From contig VJWM01000134.1 of the NCBI GenBank assembly GCA_010909165.1, positions 661,812 through 725,811 on the forward strand: a stretch of DNA of 64,000 nt, read 5' to 3'. The notes beneath the pieces are model-generated. The model did not search any database. It was not told where the DNA came from and saw only the letters and a program-made list of their open reading frames with translations. Positions 22,220 to 33,900 of this stretch are shown piece by piece; the first letter of the stretch is position 1; the number at the start of each line of letters is the position of its first letter. Both the position numbers and the translations under genes were made by a program. Source of the stretch: Anthoceros angustus. Lineage: Eukaryota > Plantae > Anthocerotophyta.

Positions 22220-23779
22220 ATGGCTATGTCTGGAAGTGCAGCGCTGGAGAAATTGGTGGAGGAAAGTGGGTGGGATTACGCGGTTGTGTGGACGCTGGAC
22301 GAAAGGTAGTGGCGGACACGCGGGCTGTTTGTGCATTGTGGGTTTGAGAGTCTAATGTAGGTTGCGCATTTGTTGAAACTTGCGCGCGTTTGGTGCTTCA
22401 GTTATCGGCCCATATATCAGAGCGGCATCTACAAATGGTTGAGCGAGGGACCTGCGCCCTATGCCTATGAGGATCGATGCCGTGCCACCTTCTGCAGGGG
22501 CTTCACTTTTGGGTACAAGGTCATCCTGTGCCTTGTGGATTATTGCGGTGAAGGCGCACACAGGCAAGTTTAATTTGTTGTGCAGCTCAAGTACTGATAG
22601 CTGTTGATTGCTAATGTGTGAGCAGGGCTGCCGCCCAAGTAGTGATGGAAACAATGGAAGAGGGGATGATCCTGGATCTGCAAGCACTGTCCACTCAGTT
22701 GATTGCGAGTGCTGAGCACGTTCGATTTCATACAGCTGTCCGCACACAGGTAGGGATGCCGATGATAGATATCGCATTGTTTGTAGATGATGAACGTTGT
22801 GTGCTGTTCTGAGACCAGCTGCTGTCCTCCATAAGCGCGCTTCTGGCCGGGCCCTGATGTTGTCCGTGAATTTGTGCGTGGCAGACAATACTCTATATCC
22901 CAGGTGTCTTGTTCCCATGTAAAGCCTTGCTCGAGATGGGGACAGCTCGACTCGCGGAAGATGAGGTAAGAAACTTTTTCAACCGTCATGTGCTATTTTG
23001 AAGCTGGTATCAGCTAATTCAACAGCGTGTTTCACACATTGGGTATCCGCAGGCTCGCGTGCAGCGTATACTGTGCCTGGGTAATCAGTTTTATGAGGAA
23101 GAAAACTTGCGTCAACAGCAAATGTTAAACAGCTATTTGATAGCCGATTCGCCCCTTCTCGACTTAGCAGGCTCGCCTTCCAGCTGCGGCACCGACTGTA
23201 GCGGATTCCCCAACTTGCAATCGGAGGTGGAGGATGTCCCCACAGTTTTCCAGACACGCCAGGAGTCAGCAGTCCCAGAGCTGGTTAACCAGCTCCAGCA
23301 GGTGACTACGAACTCCCGGACAGCGCCACCTGCCACTATGAATGAGATTCCAGGCTCTGCACCTGCACACCGCGAGCTGCAACAAGGAAAGATACTAAAG
23401 GACAAAGTGCATGCCCGAAACGAGAAAGCAAGGCGGATGAAGCATTCAGAGTACATCATGAAGCTGAGAATTGTGACAGGATGTAAGAAGGTAACAAGTC
23501 CTTTACCCGCCTCTAAGTGCTACTTTCATGTGTTTCTGAAACGTCCTCGGCTCCATGTGTTCAAGCACTTGACCTCATCCAGCTGCACCTTTGTGTCTGT
23601 TTCAGCGGGACAAGACTTCCGTCCTCCAGTACGCCGTGGAGAAGTTCAAGGAGCTGACGGATGACAATGAGCGTTTACAGAGGCGAGTACAAGAAAGTGA
23701 GGAGATTGTTAAGCGTAAGACTGAGGAAATTGAAAAGGTACTGCAGCAGCAGCAACATTCAACACAAAGTACCTTTTGA
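22220..23779 (+). CDS. bHLH-zipper transcription factor with N-terminal bHLH-MYC_N-like domain, 6 exons
   Basis: Phase-consistent exons 22220-22305, 22402-22512, 22626-22749, 22885-22965, 23053-23490, 23606-23779. MYC_N-like motifs LEKLVEESGWDYAVVW and QTILYIPG...LLEMGTARLAEDE-ARVQRI. bHLH HARNEKARRMKHSEYIMKLRIVTGCKK|RDKTSVLQYAVEKFKEL. Exons 2-3 are less certain. Confidence 0.8.
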
Positions 23780-25009
23780 CATGGCTTCCGGTGTGTGTAC
23801 AGCTTGTAAATTATTCTGGGAGTTTTTCTATCATCAATGGTATACCATCAAAAGAGACTATTCTACGGTTTCAATATCAATGAAAAATAATATCATAAAT
23901 TAATCTAGCAATATATATTTAAATTAGTATATAGTACTATACCGTACCCCGAGGGGTGGTTCATATGCCATACCAAAGGGTAGAGAGGGGATGGGACATT
24001 TTTTTTTTCGCGAAACCCATGCAAGGCGTAGGGATCTTGCAGAATATACCCTAGATTCCAGTACGGTTTCTTTTTCACAGCACATGGTCGGATGGCCGCT
24101 TTGGCCCTAACCAAGAGCGGCCAAGCACCAAAGGGACACACACGCTTTCTCCTCGAAAAGGGTGTAGGGTTCAAAATGTTTTGTGCTTGCAACTTTCAAA
24201 ACAAAGAGCCGGACATTGTTTTCGATCTTGCTACCTTCGCCATAAAGTTTTCTTCCATGGTTTGCCATGGACGGCAAACCCTAACACGCCCGCCGCGCCG
24301 ACCGCACCAATGTGGTTGCCGAACCCTACCTCGGCTGCAGGCATGGTCTGCGAAGGCAATGATGGCTGCGGCCCCCGGCGCGGCCATGGTCTTCTTCATT
24401 CGGCTCTTTACGATGGCGGCGGATGGTGCTTCTTAATGTTTCCAGCATCAAAGACTCCCCCACAAAATCACGATTCCATTGTCACAGCTAAGAAACGGAC
24501 AGCAGGCGTGTGGAGGTTCAAAATGTTCTTTGGAACATAGAAGCCGCCCGATTGCCTCAAACCGGGTGCATGTGGCGAGACTACATTCGTGGTGGGATTT
24601 GGGGAATCCTGTGCTGAAATTTGTTCTACCACTCCTCCGATCCCAGCGCTTTACGGGAGTAGCAGAGATCCTTCTCGTTGCGCGTTTCCTCAAATGCCTG
24701 AAGATAGCGGTCAAACGGTCGAGCAAGGCGATTCGAGGACATGTAGGCGATTCACTGACGATACCTCACCAACAAAGTTTACGGTCCCTCCAACCAACCG
24801 TTCACATGAAAAGGGTGCCATTCCATTGATCAAAAAAGGATGTCCACTGCACACATCGCAAAATTGCACAGTTAGCATCAAACCCTATCTTCTACTGCGG
24901 CCTTCCTACGGCGCATGCTTCGGCCCCCTATGCAAAAAACCAAAAAGCGCTGCTGATGCATCTCTCAGCACAAGGGATGACGACGCCGCCTACTTCTCCT
25001 CGTCGTCCA

Positions 25010-26480
25010 TGCGCTTGATCATCTGCCGGAGAACCTTAATTGTGCCCTCAATGGCCTCGACGGCGTCGAGCATTCCGCGGCTCATTGCTCTCTCCCTGGC
25101 GGCGTCCCGCCTCCGGCGGGCGCGTCATTCGGCGTCGGAGGCACCCGCCTTGCGCTTGATCATCTGCTGGAGAACCTTAATTGTGCCCTCAATGGCCTCG
25201 GCCAGCGTCCGCGGCGCTCATTGCTCTCTGTCCCTCGGCGTCCCGCCTCCGGCGAGGCGTCGGCGTCCTCCACCCCGCCGTCCCCGACCTCTTCCACGTT
25301 GCCTTCCTCCTCGAACGATGGCAGCTCCCGCCTGCTCTCGCGAGAAGCAGCGTCTTTGCCCGCCATCGCCGGCGGGGAGGGCAAAGTGACCTCCCCCCTA
25401 GGAGGTCGGGCGGAGGCACCTCCGCTCGAACTCGCCCCCTCCTCCATAGCCAATGAGGCGAGAATGCCCTCCCCTGCCTCCATGGCTGGGGAGGCGGTGC
25501 CCTCCCGCTCTGCGCCCGGACTCGGACCCCAGCGACCACGGTGCCTCCACGCGCCGGAGGCGCACGCCCTCCCCTTGCCATGGCGGGGAGGCGGTGCCAT
25601 CCCCCGCCTGTGGCCCGGACTCACCCCCGGCGCGCGCTTCGCCATGAGGCGAGGCCAGCCTCCCCTTGCTTGGAGGCGGTGCCCTCCCCCTCCCCTCCCG
25701 CCTCCATCGACATGGGAGGCGGTGCCCTCCCCGCCGCCCACGCCCGTCGTCGGTGAGCATGGCCAAGTGGGAGGCAAGGTGCCTCTTCCCCTCCTCCTCC
25801 CCCTCCCCCTCCCCCTCTTCCCCTCCTCCATCGCCAGGGGTTGGCACCTCCCCCTCCCCATGGCGCCGCCCGAGGTGCCCTCTTCCCCTCCTCCATAGCC
25901 AATGAGGCGAGAATGCCCTCCCAGGCCTCCCGCTCTGCGCCCGCCGCCCCTCACCTCCTACCCTTGCTCGCCGGGGATGGCAGTGCCCGCCCCCCGGCGG
26001 GCTGTTGTGCCGCCGCCCCTCTATGGCGCCTCCGCCCGGGGAGGAGAGTCCCCTCCCGTCGCCCCAATGCGCCATCGCCATGGTCAGCCGGAGGGCGTCT
26101 GCCCCGCCTCCTCCATCGCCATGGCGCCGCCGCCTCATGTGCCTCGCCGCCATGGCGGAGGGGCTCCCCCTCCGCCATGGCGCTCGAGCCTCACTCCCCC
26201 CCGCCATCTTGGCGGCAGCGGCGCGGGGCGGCCTCCATCGCCCGGGGAGGAGAGTCCCCTCCCGTCGCCCGCCCCAATCTTGCCCGCCGCCATGGTCAGC
26301 CGGAGGGGCGTCTCTCCCGCCTCCTCCCCTTGCCATGGCGCCGCCGCCTCAGGTGTGCGCCTCGCGCCATGGCGGAGGACAATCCCCCGCCATGGCGCTC
26401 GAGCCTCACTCCTGCCCACGCCATCTTGGCCAGCAGCGGCGCGGGCGTGGCCTCCACCATGGCGCCGCCGCCGCCTCCGC
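25010..26480. repeat. Very GC-rich degenerate repeat region rich in CCATGG/CCTCCAT
   Basis: ~140-bp duplication (25011/25151); CCTCCATAGCCAATGAGGCGAGAATGCCCTCCC twice (~25440, ~25890); ~210-bp duplication (GGGGAGGAGAGTCCCCTCCCGTCGCCC at ~26037 and ~26245). Confidence 0.8.
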
Positions 26481-28109
26481 CCTCCCACTTCCCGCCACCA
26501 CCGGCGCTCGCTCCTCCTCCATTGCTCTTGCCTTCCACGCCCGGTGCCCTTTTTCTTCACTCCCCTTGCGCCCTTCTGCTCCCTACTTTCCTATTACGTG
26601 CACTTCCGGCTACCTCGTGTCGGCGTTGGCGACTCCGCGTATCTCATGGTGGGGTTCCTAATTATGTCCAGTGCACTTGTCTTCTGCAATGGCCCTTGAG
26701 CCGCCCATTTCGCTCCCAATTTTCCCTCCATGCGTGTCTGAAATGGCTGCTGTAGTTCGTGCAGCGTGCACCGCCACTGCCGATCATGAACTCAGCTGTC
26801 CACCACCCGGTTTAGCGAGCGGATGGCAACCAAACAATTATGTCTCCGCGCGATTTGTCAACCCTTTTGGCCTTCCTTCTGTTCGTAGCCTTAACCGCCA
26901 ACTCCTTTCCTCTTCACATGACATTCGCAGTGGAGCGTATACTGGACTGCCCAAAACACAGCACTATTCAGAATCATTATTTGGGGTTTCATACCAATTG
27001 CATATCATCACTTTATCCGGGTCAGCCGTCTCGGTCCACGCAAACAGAAGCTGCGGCTGCCACCACCACTATTACTACCATTGCCACTACTGCACAGCAT
27101 GGCAAGCTCATAGCAAGCTAAAAACAACAGCAAAAGTGTAGCGCTAGACTCCTTCACTGGCGTCGCCAAGACACCGTCCCGTTCTCCCGTCATCCATGGC
27201 ACTCCCGCCTCCTCCATCGCCTTCCGTTCCACAATGGCCATCCCCGCTTGGGCCACCGCTCGTCCTGCCCCGATTCCTTGCCCTTTGTCCCACCGATGCT
27301 TCACCTCCTTGGCCGAGCACCTTGTGGCGACAACGTCCCTTTTCTGGCTCTGGTGTGTGTTGTGATCGTTAAGCTGCACCTGTAAGTCCTCCCTTCAGCC
27401 TTCCGCACCACCTCCTCGACGTTTCCACTAGCCACTCGCGATGCAAACTCCTCACTTCCATTCCAGGAGGTGCCGTGCGGAAAAGCGATTGCCGCGTCCA
27501 GCCATCGGCCGAGGAGTCGCGCCCCTCAGCTCCTTCCCTCTCCATCCATCACACTTGCGGCGGTGTTTCGTCCACAGCAGTTCGCACCCTACACCCGTGT
27601 AGAAAAAGCGGGAGGTGTCCACGCGCATAATCACCTCCACACCAATCGCCCGACAACAGGGTGGCGGCGCGGCCGGCCACCACCATTCTATGCACGATCG
27701 TCGGCATATGTCTCGCCCCTCCGCCATTCTTAGTGCGCTTCTTGCTTTCCCCTTGGTATGTCCAAGTTCGTTCTTCCCATCTCAGCATGATCGGGACTGG
27801 CATCCCAACGTTCACCTGCCGCTTCCTATTGGAACCCACCGGACGGGATGGGTTTGCCGCAGCCATTCCATCGCTTGTCACTCGTCCTCCACACTCGCGC
27901 TATTCCAGGTGATTTATACACCACCCGATCCCCGTTTGTCCTTTCGCCATTGCGGAAATCGCATTGGAAATGCCGCAGGTAACCTACCCTCATCACAAAG
28001 CGATGGCAACCTGCAGTTCCCTGCCGTAAAAACCTAGTTAACAAGCCCAACAGCCTTTGCTAGTCTGCACTTTGATTCAAAGATGGAACAACCCAAGTGC
28101 AGTCATGCA

Positions 28110-29990
28110 CGACAACGTATTGGCATGCATCCTGGAAAAACGTCCTTCGCCATAGGCCAAGGATGTTTGTCCAGGATGCATGCAAACATTGCCATAGGGC
28201 TATGATAGCGGAGGGAAAAACCGGAAACCAACTTGGCAAGCACCATGTTGGGTTTTCACGTTATTCCTGCATATATAGACATATATTATATAACTATTTT
28301 CAAAGACCAGGTCATGAACAATGACTTCTACCATAGGCCAAGGCCAAGGACCCTTTTCAATGATGCATCGAAAGAAAATTCCATTGGCGAAGCATACAAA
28401 AGGGAAAAAATGGAAGGCAATTTTTCAATGCATCCTGGGAAAAGTGCCTACGCCATAGGCCAAGGAACTGTGTCGAGGATGCCTGGAAAAAATGCCATGG
28501 GCGAAGGATAGAGGGAGAAAAAACTACAACACAAGTTGTCACATAACATGCAGGTTAACAGTGTTATTCATGCATATATAGACATACATAATATACCTCA
28601 GTTCAAAGACGAAGACATTAACATTCACTTCTACCAAAGGCCAAGGACCCTTTTCAATGATGCATCGAAAGAAAATTCCATTGGCGAAGCATACAAAAGG
28701 GAAAAAATGGAAAGCAATTTTTCAATGCATCCTGGGAAAAGTTCCTTCGCCATAGGCCAAGGAACTCTGTCCAGGATGCATGGAAAAAATGCGATGGGCG
28801 AAGGCTATAGGAAGAAAAATCTACAACAACATATCATGCGAGGTTAGCGGTGTTATTCTGCATATAGACATACATAATATACCTTAGTTCAAAGACGAAG
28901 ACATTAACAATCACTTCTACCAAAGGCCAAGGACCCTTTTCAATGATGCATGGAAAGAAAAACCCATTTGCGAAGCATACATAAGGGCAAAAACAAAAGG
29001 CATTTTTCGAATGCATCATGGACAAAGTACCTTCGCCATAGGCCAAGGCACTTTGTTAATGATGCATGGAAAACATTGCCATGGGCGAAGGATAGAAGAA
29101 GGCAAAACCAGAACACAACTTGTCACATATCATGCGGTATACGGTGTTATTCACGCATATATGAACATACATATACCTCATTTCCAAGGCGAAGACATTA
29201 AGTCACTTCTACCAAAGGCCAAGGACCCTTTTCATTGATGCATAAAAAACCCATCCATGAAGCATACAAAGGGCAAAAAAAAGCGGTTTCCATTGCATCT
29301 GCACAAAGTTCCTTAGCCATAGGCCAAGGAACTTTGTCGAGATGCATGGAAAAAATCGATGGCGAAACTATAGGAAGAAAAACTACAACACAACTTGTCA
29401 CATATCATGCGAGTTAACGGTGTTATTCACGCATATATAGATACATAATATACCTTAGTTCAAAGATGAAGACATTACCAAACACTTCTACCAAAGGCCA
29501 AGGACCATTTTCAATGATGCTTCGAACGAAAAACCCATTTCGAAGCATACATGAGGCAAAAACAATAGGCATTTTTCGAATGCATCATGGACAAAGTACC
29601 TTCGCCATAGGCCAAGGCACTTTGTTAATGATGCATGGAAAACATTGCCATGGGCGAAGGATAGAAGAAGGCAAAACCAGAACACAACTTGTCACATATC
29701 ATGCAGGTATACGGTGTTATTCCTGCATATATAGACATACATAATATACCTCATTTCCAAGACGAAGACATTAACAGTCACTTCTACCAAAGGCCAAGGA
29801 CCATTTTCATTGATGCATGCAAAGAAAAACCCATCCGCGAAGCATACAAAAGGGCAAAAAAAAAAGGCAGTTTTCCATTGCAGCCTGCACAAAGTTCCTT
29901 AGCCATAGGCCAAGGAACTTTGTCGAGGATGCATGGAAAATTTGCTTTCCAAGGCGAAGATAGAGGAAGAAAAACGAGCACATCACTGCG
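28110..29990 (+). repeat. AT-rich tandem satellite, ~290-bp monomer x ~6.5
   Basis: GCCATAGGCCAAGG at about 28149, 28451, 28749, 29034, 29315, 29603 and 29903, alternating with TTCTACCA(A/T)AGGCCAAGG. Confidence 0.92.
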
Positions 29991-29999
29991 TGACATGCT

Positions 30000-30960
30000 T
30001 AGTTTTCAACTTTCTCCTACATATATATCCATATATTATATACCTACCTTTCTATGATGCAAGCATGTCCTATCACTCCTACTATAGGCCAAAGTCCAAG
30101 GAACTAGACATAGATGTTATTTATGTCTATATATGCAGGAATATAGGCATATGTGCACATGCTCTAACAGGCGCACGTCCCTTCGCCATAGACCAAGGAT
30201 GTTTTACCTTTAAATCTACTCTGCCATCCAACTATTGACACACACATATGGGAAGGGCATGCCTAGCTGTAGTATATGTAGCACTAACTTCCTTGGCCTT
30301 TGGTGATTGAAACATCATGCATGATGTTCCATTTTGTGACAAATCCCAAAGGCCAAGGATGACATGTCTTTTGTAGTATATGCCTCTCGCCTTCCTTGGC
30401 CTTTGCCATGGAAAACATCATGCATGATGTTTCCTCCTTATTCCTACATATATAGCCATATATTATATACCTACCTTTCTATGACGCAAGCATGATCTCA
30501 CTCCTACTATAGGCCAAAGGCCAAGGAACTAGACATATATGTCATTTATGTCTATATATGTAGGAATATAGGCATATGTGCACATGCTCTTACAGGCGCA
30601 CGTCCCTTCGCCATAGACCAAGGATGTTTTACCTTTAAATCTACTATACCATCCAACTACTGACGCACATATGGGAAGGGCATGCCTAGCTATAGTATAT
30701 GTACCACTAACTTCCTTGGCCTTTGGCGATTGAAACATCATGCATGATGTTCCATTCTGTCAAAAATCCCAACGGCCAAGGATGTCCTGTCTTTTGTAGT
30801 ATATGTCTCACTACCTTCCTTGGCCTTTGCCATCGAAACATCATGCATGATGTTTCCTTCTTTCAAATATCCCAAAGGCCAAGGATGTTATGTCTTCTGT
30901 AGTATATGCCTCACTATCTTCCTTGGCCTTTGCCATCAAAACATCATGCATGATGTTTCC
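30000..30960. repeat. Array of 103/423-bp units with inverted CAAAGGCCAAGG motifs and perfect palindrome AACATCATGCATGATGTT
   Basis: Palindrome at 30311, 30414, 30734, 30837 and 30940, each shortly after CCTTGGCCTTTG. Confidence 0.92.
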
Positions 30961-33900
30961 TTCTTTCTTCCATTTCTTTAAAACATATCTTCCTAGTACA
31001 ACATCAGCATGATACCATATAAGCGTACTATACATGTGTGAACAAAAATATATCATACTTATAATCCATCTGTTTTTCCGCCATCCATTCAAGTTCTCAT
31101 ATGCCAGGGACTAATTCACTATATATGCTTGGGTTCGGGGCTGTATACTGTATGGAAGAAGTGATATGACATAAACATGATTCGTTCGGCAGCGGGGCCG
31201 TCCGTGTTCATGTCAAAATCCCGCGTTCATATGAAAAGCACGATATTTTGAAGGCGGGCGCGACGCCGATTCACGGCCGTGGCGGTGCATGGAGCTTGTT
31301 TGCTGAAGATGTGAACCGCGTCTTCCCCAAGCGTCGCGCGGGCCGCATTCCTGTCTACGGCCTCATGTCGCGGTCCCTCTGCACCAGATTACTTCAAACA
31401 TAAAAAACGCGTCTTCTAGAAGGGCGCGTTTAAAGACATGTCGATCTCCGGTCGGCCTTAAACAATGCGGACATCCGACGAGGTGCATCTTTGGAGCGGC
31501 GCACGGCGCGTCGACTCCGTCTTTCCGTTCTAATGAATGTCCCATGTCCCGTCTGGCCGGGCGGGCATTCTTTTAATCTAAGCGGGGTTTGAGGCGTTTG
31601 GGGCGACTCCACGAAATAATGGCCCTGCACTCTTGTCATGCGGAAAGAATGTGAAGCGGGAGGCGGCGCTCCGTATCTTCCTTGACCTCCGGCTGGTCCT
31701 CCATCAGCAGACGGACTTCGCCCCTCTGCCCTCGCACCACAGGAAATCGGGCGGAGGCGTGTCAGAAACATCTAATTTACGGTGGGTGCACCAATCAAGT
31801 GAAAACATGGCGAGCGAGGAGGCCGTCGCCGTCCCGAATCTTGTGCCGATGGCGGTGGCGACATTCTCGGAGATTGGGTGAACTCAGGCGAGGATGCAAA
31901 TGTCTTCAAACAAATCCCCCTTTGCCAAAATCGGTCATCGCGTTTCCAAGCTCCTGCCTGCTAGAATTCCGACGCGCGAGGCAATCCGCAAACCCCTCGG
32001 TGTTGCGGACACCGGCGCCCTGCTGGCGGACCCTTGGCAGTGGCGATTGCGAGCTCGGCGTCGCGATGCAGGCGCGGCGCACGGTACCTTGGGATCGGGG
32101 CGGCGGCGTGGACGGTGGCATCTTCCCGCCTCCCCGCACGGCGGCTTCATCGGCGGCGGTGCAGCGTTCGCATTGCGATCCTCACAGATGACCCTCTCTG
32201 TTCCCGAGAACCGCATCACAGGCGCTCACGTTTTGCAAGGTCGTTGTTGCATGTGGGCACATATCCCAGATAGCGCCGTTCATGGCAACTCACAGCGGGG
32301 GTCTTGGAAGGAGGATGGCGCGGCGTGGCGATTCGGCGGAATGATGTGCAGCATGGGGGTGGGCCGGACCGACTCGTTGCATCGAGGCCGAGATCCGACG
32401 ACCAAAGTGGCTTCGGCGACATCGCCCGACCTCAAGGCACCACAGTTGCTGCGGTGGAGCCTGGTGATTGGCGATTCCCGGATGAAAGGATGGCGGCGCC
32501 CTCGCGCTTGTTGTGGGGCGATGGATGGTCACCTGGAGCCTCGGTCGCGCGGGCAGCTCACTGCGGCCATCCGCCATTGGCATCGATTGCGAAACTTTCT
32601 GGCCTGGTTGCGGCGTGGCGATGCCTTCCGTCCTCCTAGGCTGCGGCGACCATCTCCCGTGTAAAGCGGAATGCTCGGCGCGTGAGGCCCGTTTTGACAT
32701 CCCTGCGCGGTAGCGCGAGGAGTGCGGATGGGGAATCCGGACCGCACTGCGGTGTTGACGAAGTGCACTCGATTATGGAAGCGGCGAGGACGCCGGATAG
32801 ACACGGGAGGGTTTGCGGCGGTGGTCGGCGTCCGGGGTTGGAGCTTTACGATGTCGGGACAATAAGCTTCATCGGCGGTCGCGCCGCGGCGAGCTCTTGA
32901 GCTCTTTGGAAGGCGTAGACCCGGCCCTCGATCTAGGGGCCATAGAGCTGAGACTTTGGAGACATGGGCCTCAACCAACCTCGCCACTCTGTTGATGAGG
33001 AGGTTGCTGCACTGTGCCACAGGAATGGAAGGAAGCGCCAGGCGGGCGAGGGCGTGATTTGCGGGAGGCGTCGCGGTTTACGGAAGTGGCGCAAGAGGCC
33101 CGCGATGCCGCCAACTCCGCTATCGCGGTTCGCCTCACAAATACCACTCTGGAGCCCATCCAGCAGACGGCCGCCGCGGCAGGCGGATTGTCTTGAAGGT
33201 AGGACCTCCTGCGCCTCTTGCCATTCGGCATTGAAGTGCCCGGCTCTGCGCCATGGCCACTTTCACGTTTTGCGGGTGGCGGTGGGGCTGGCGGAATCAC
33301 GAGGCCTGTCGACCTCTTCAAGCAACATTGTGATGGGAAGTATGTGTTCCCGGTTCCATGTCGATCGCAACCCGGCATGGGGGGTTGTTTACGGAGCAGT
33401 TGGCGAGGGCCGACTCGCGGCATCGGCGAGCATGGCGGCAATTACAGAATCCCATGTTCATGAAGCTGCGTGTTTGAGGCGAGGACAACCGGGGCTCGGG
33501 GACCTTTGCACCACATCAAAGGAAGTCCATCTCGCGGATGGCGATTGTGTGGTGAGTCGGCGTGTGTGTGGAGTGTTCATCATAACTGCGGGCCTTTCAT
33601 TCTAACACATGAGCCTCGACTCACGAGGCTCGGTTCTTTGGCTACCTCGTGTACATGGTCTTTGGCGGCCGTGCAAGTGTCATGCCCCATGGCCAGTGGC
33701 CATTACTGCACGCCCTTGGCGGCCGGATGGGCCAGGCGTGCACAAGGTGTGGCAAGATCGCCGGGCTCATCGTTCTTGAGGAAGGCCTTCTTCGGACATG
33801 AAAGCGTGCTGAGGTGATGGGTGTGTTGTCTATCTTTGAAGAAGGCCTCATGGGCAAGTGCGGACCGGCAACATGCGGCCATCAAGGAGGTTGCCCTCAT

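Noticed and set aside
25160-26755. Long ORFs (up to 312 aa) on both strands called as genes
   Set aside because: Extreme GC content removes stop codons; several frames on both strands are open and no domain is recognisable.
28005-28040. Helitron 3' end (CTAG|T)
   Set aside because: No convincing GC-rich hairpin upstream, and no 5' TC end or RepHel coding seen.
30311-30957. CRISPR-like array of palindromic repeats
   Set aside because: The spacers are themselves repeats of 85-300 bp rather than unique ~30-40 bp; no cas genes; eukaryotic context.
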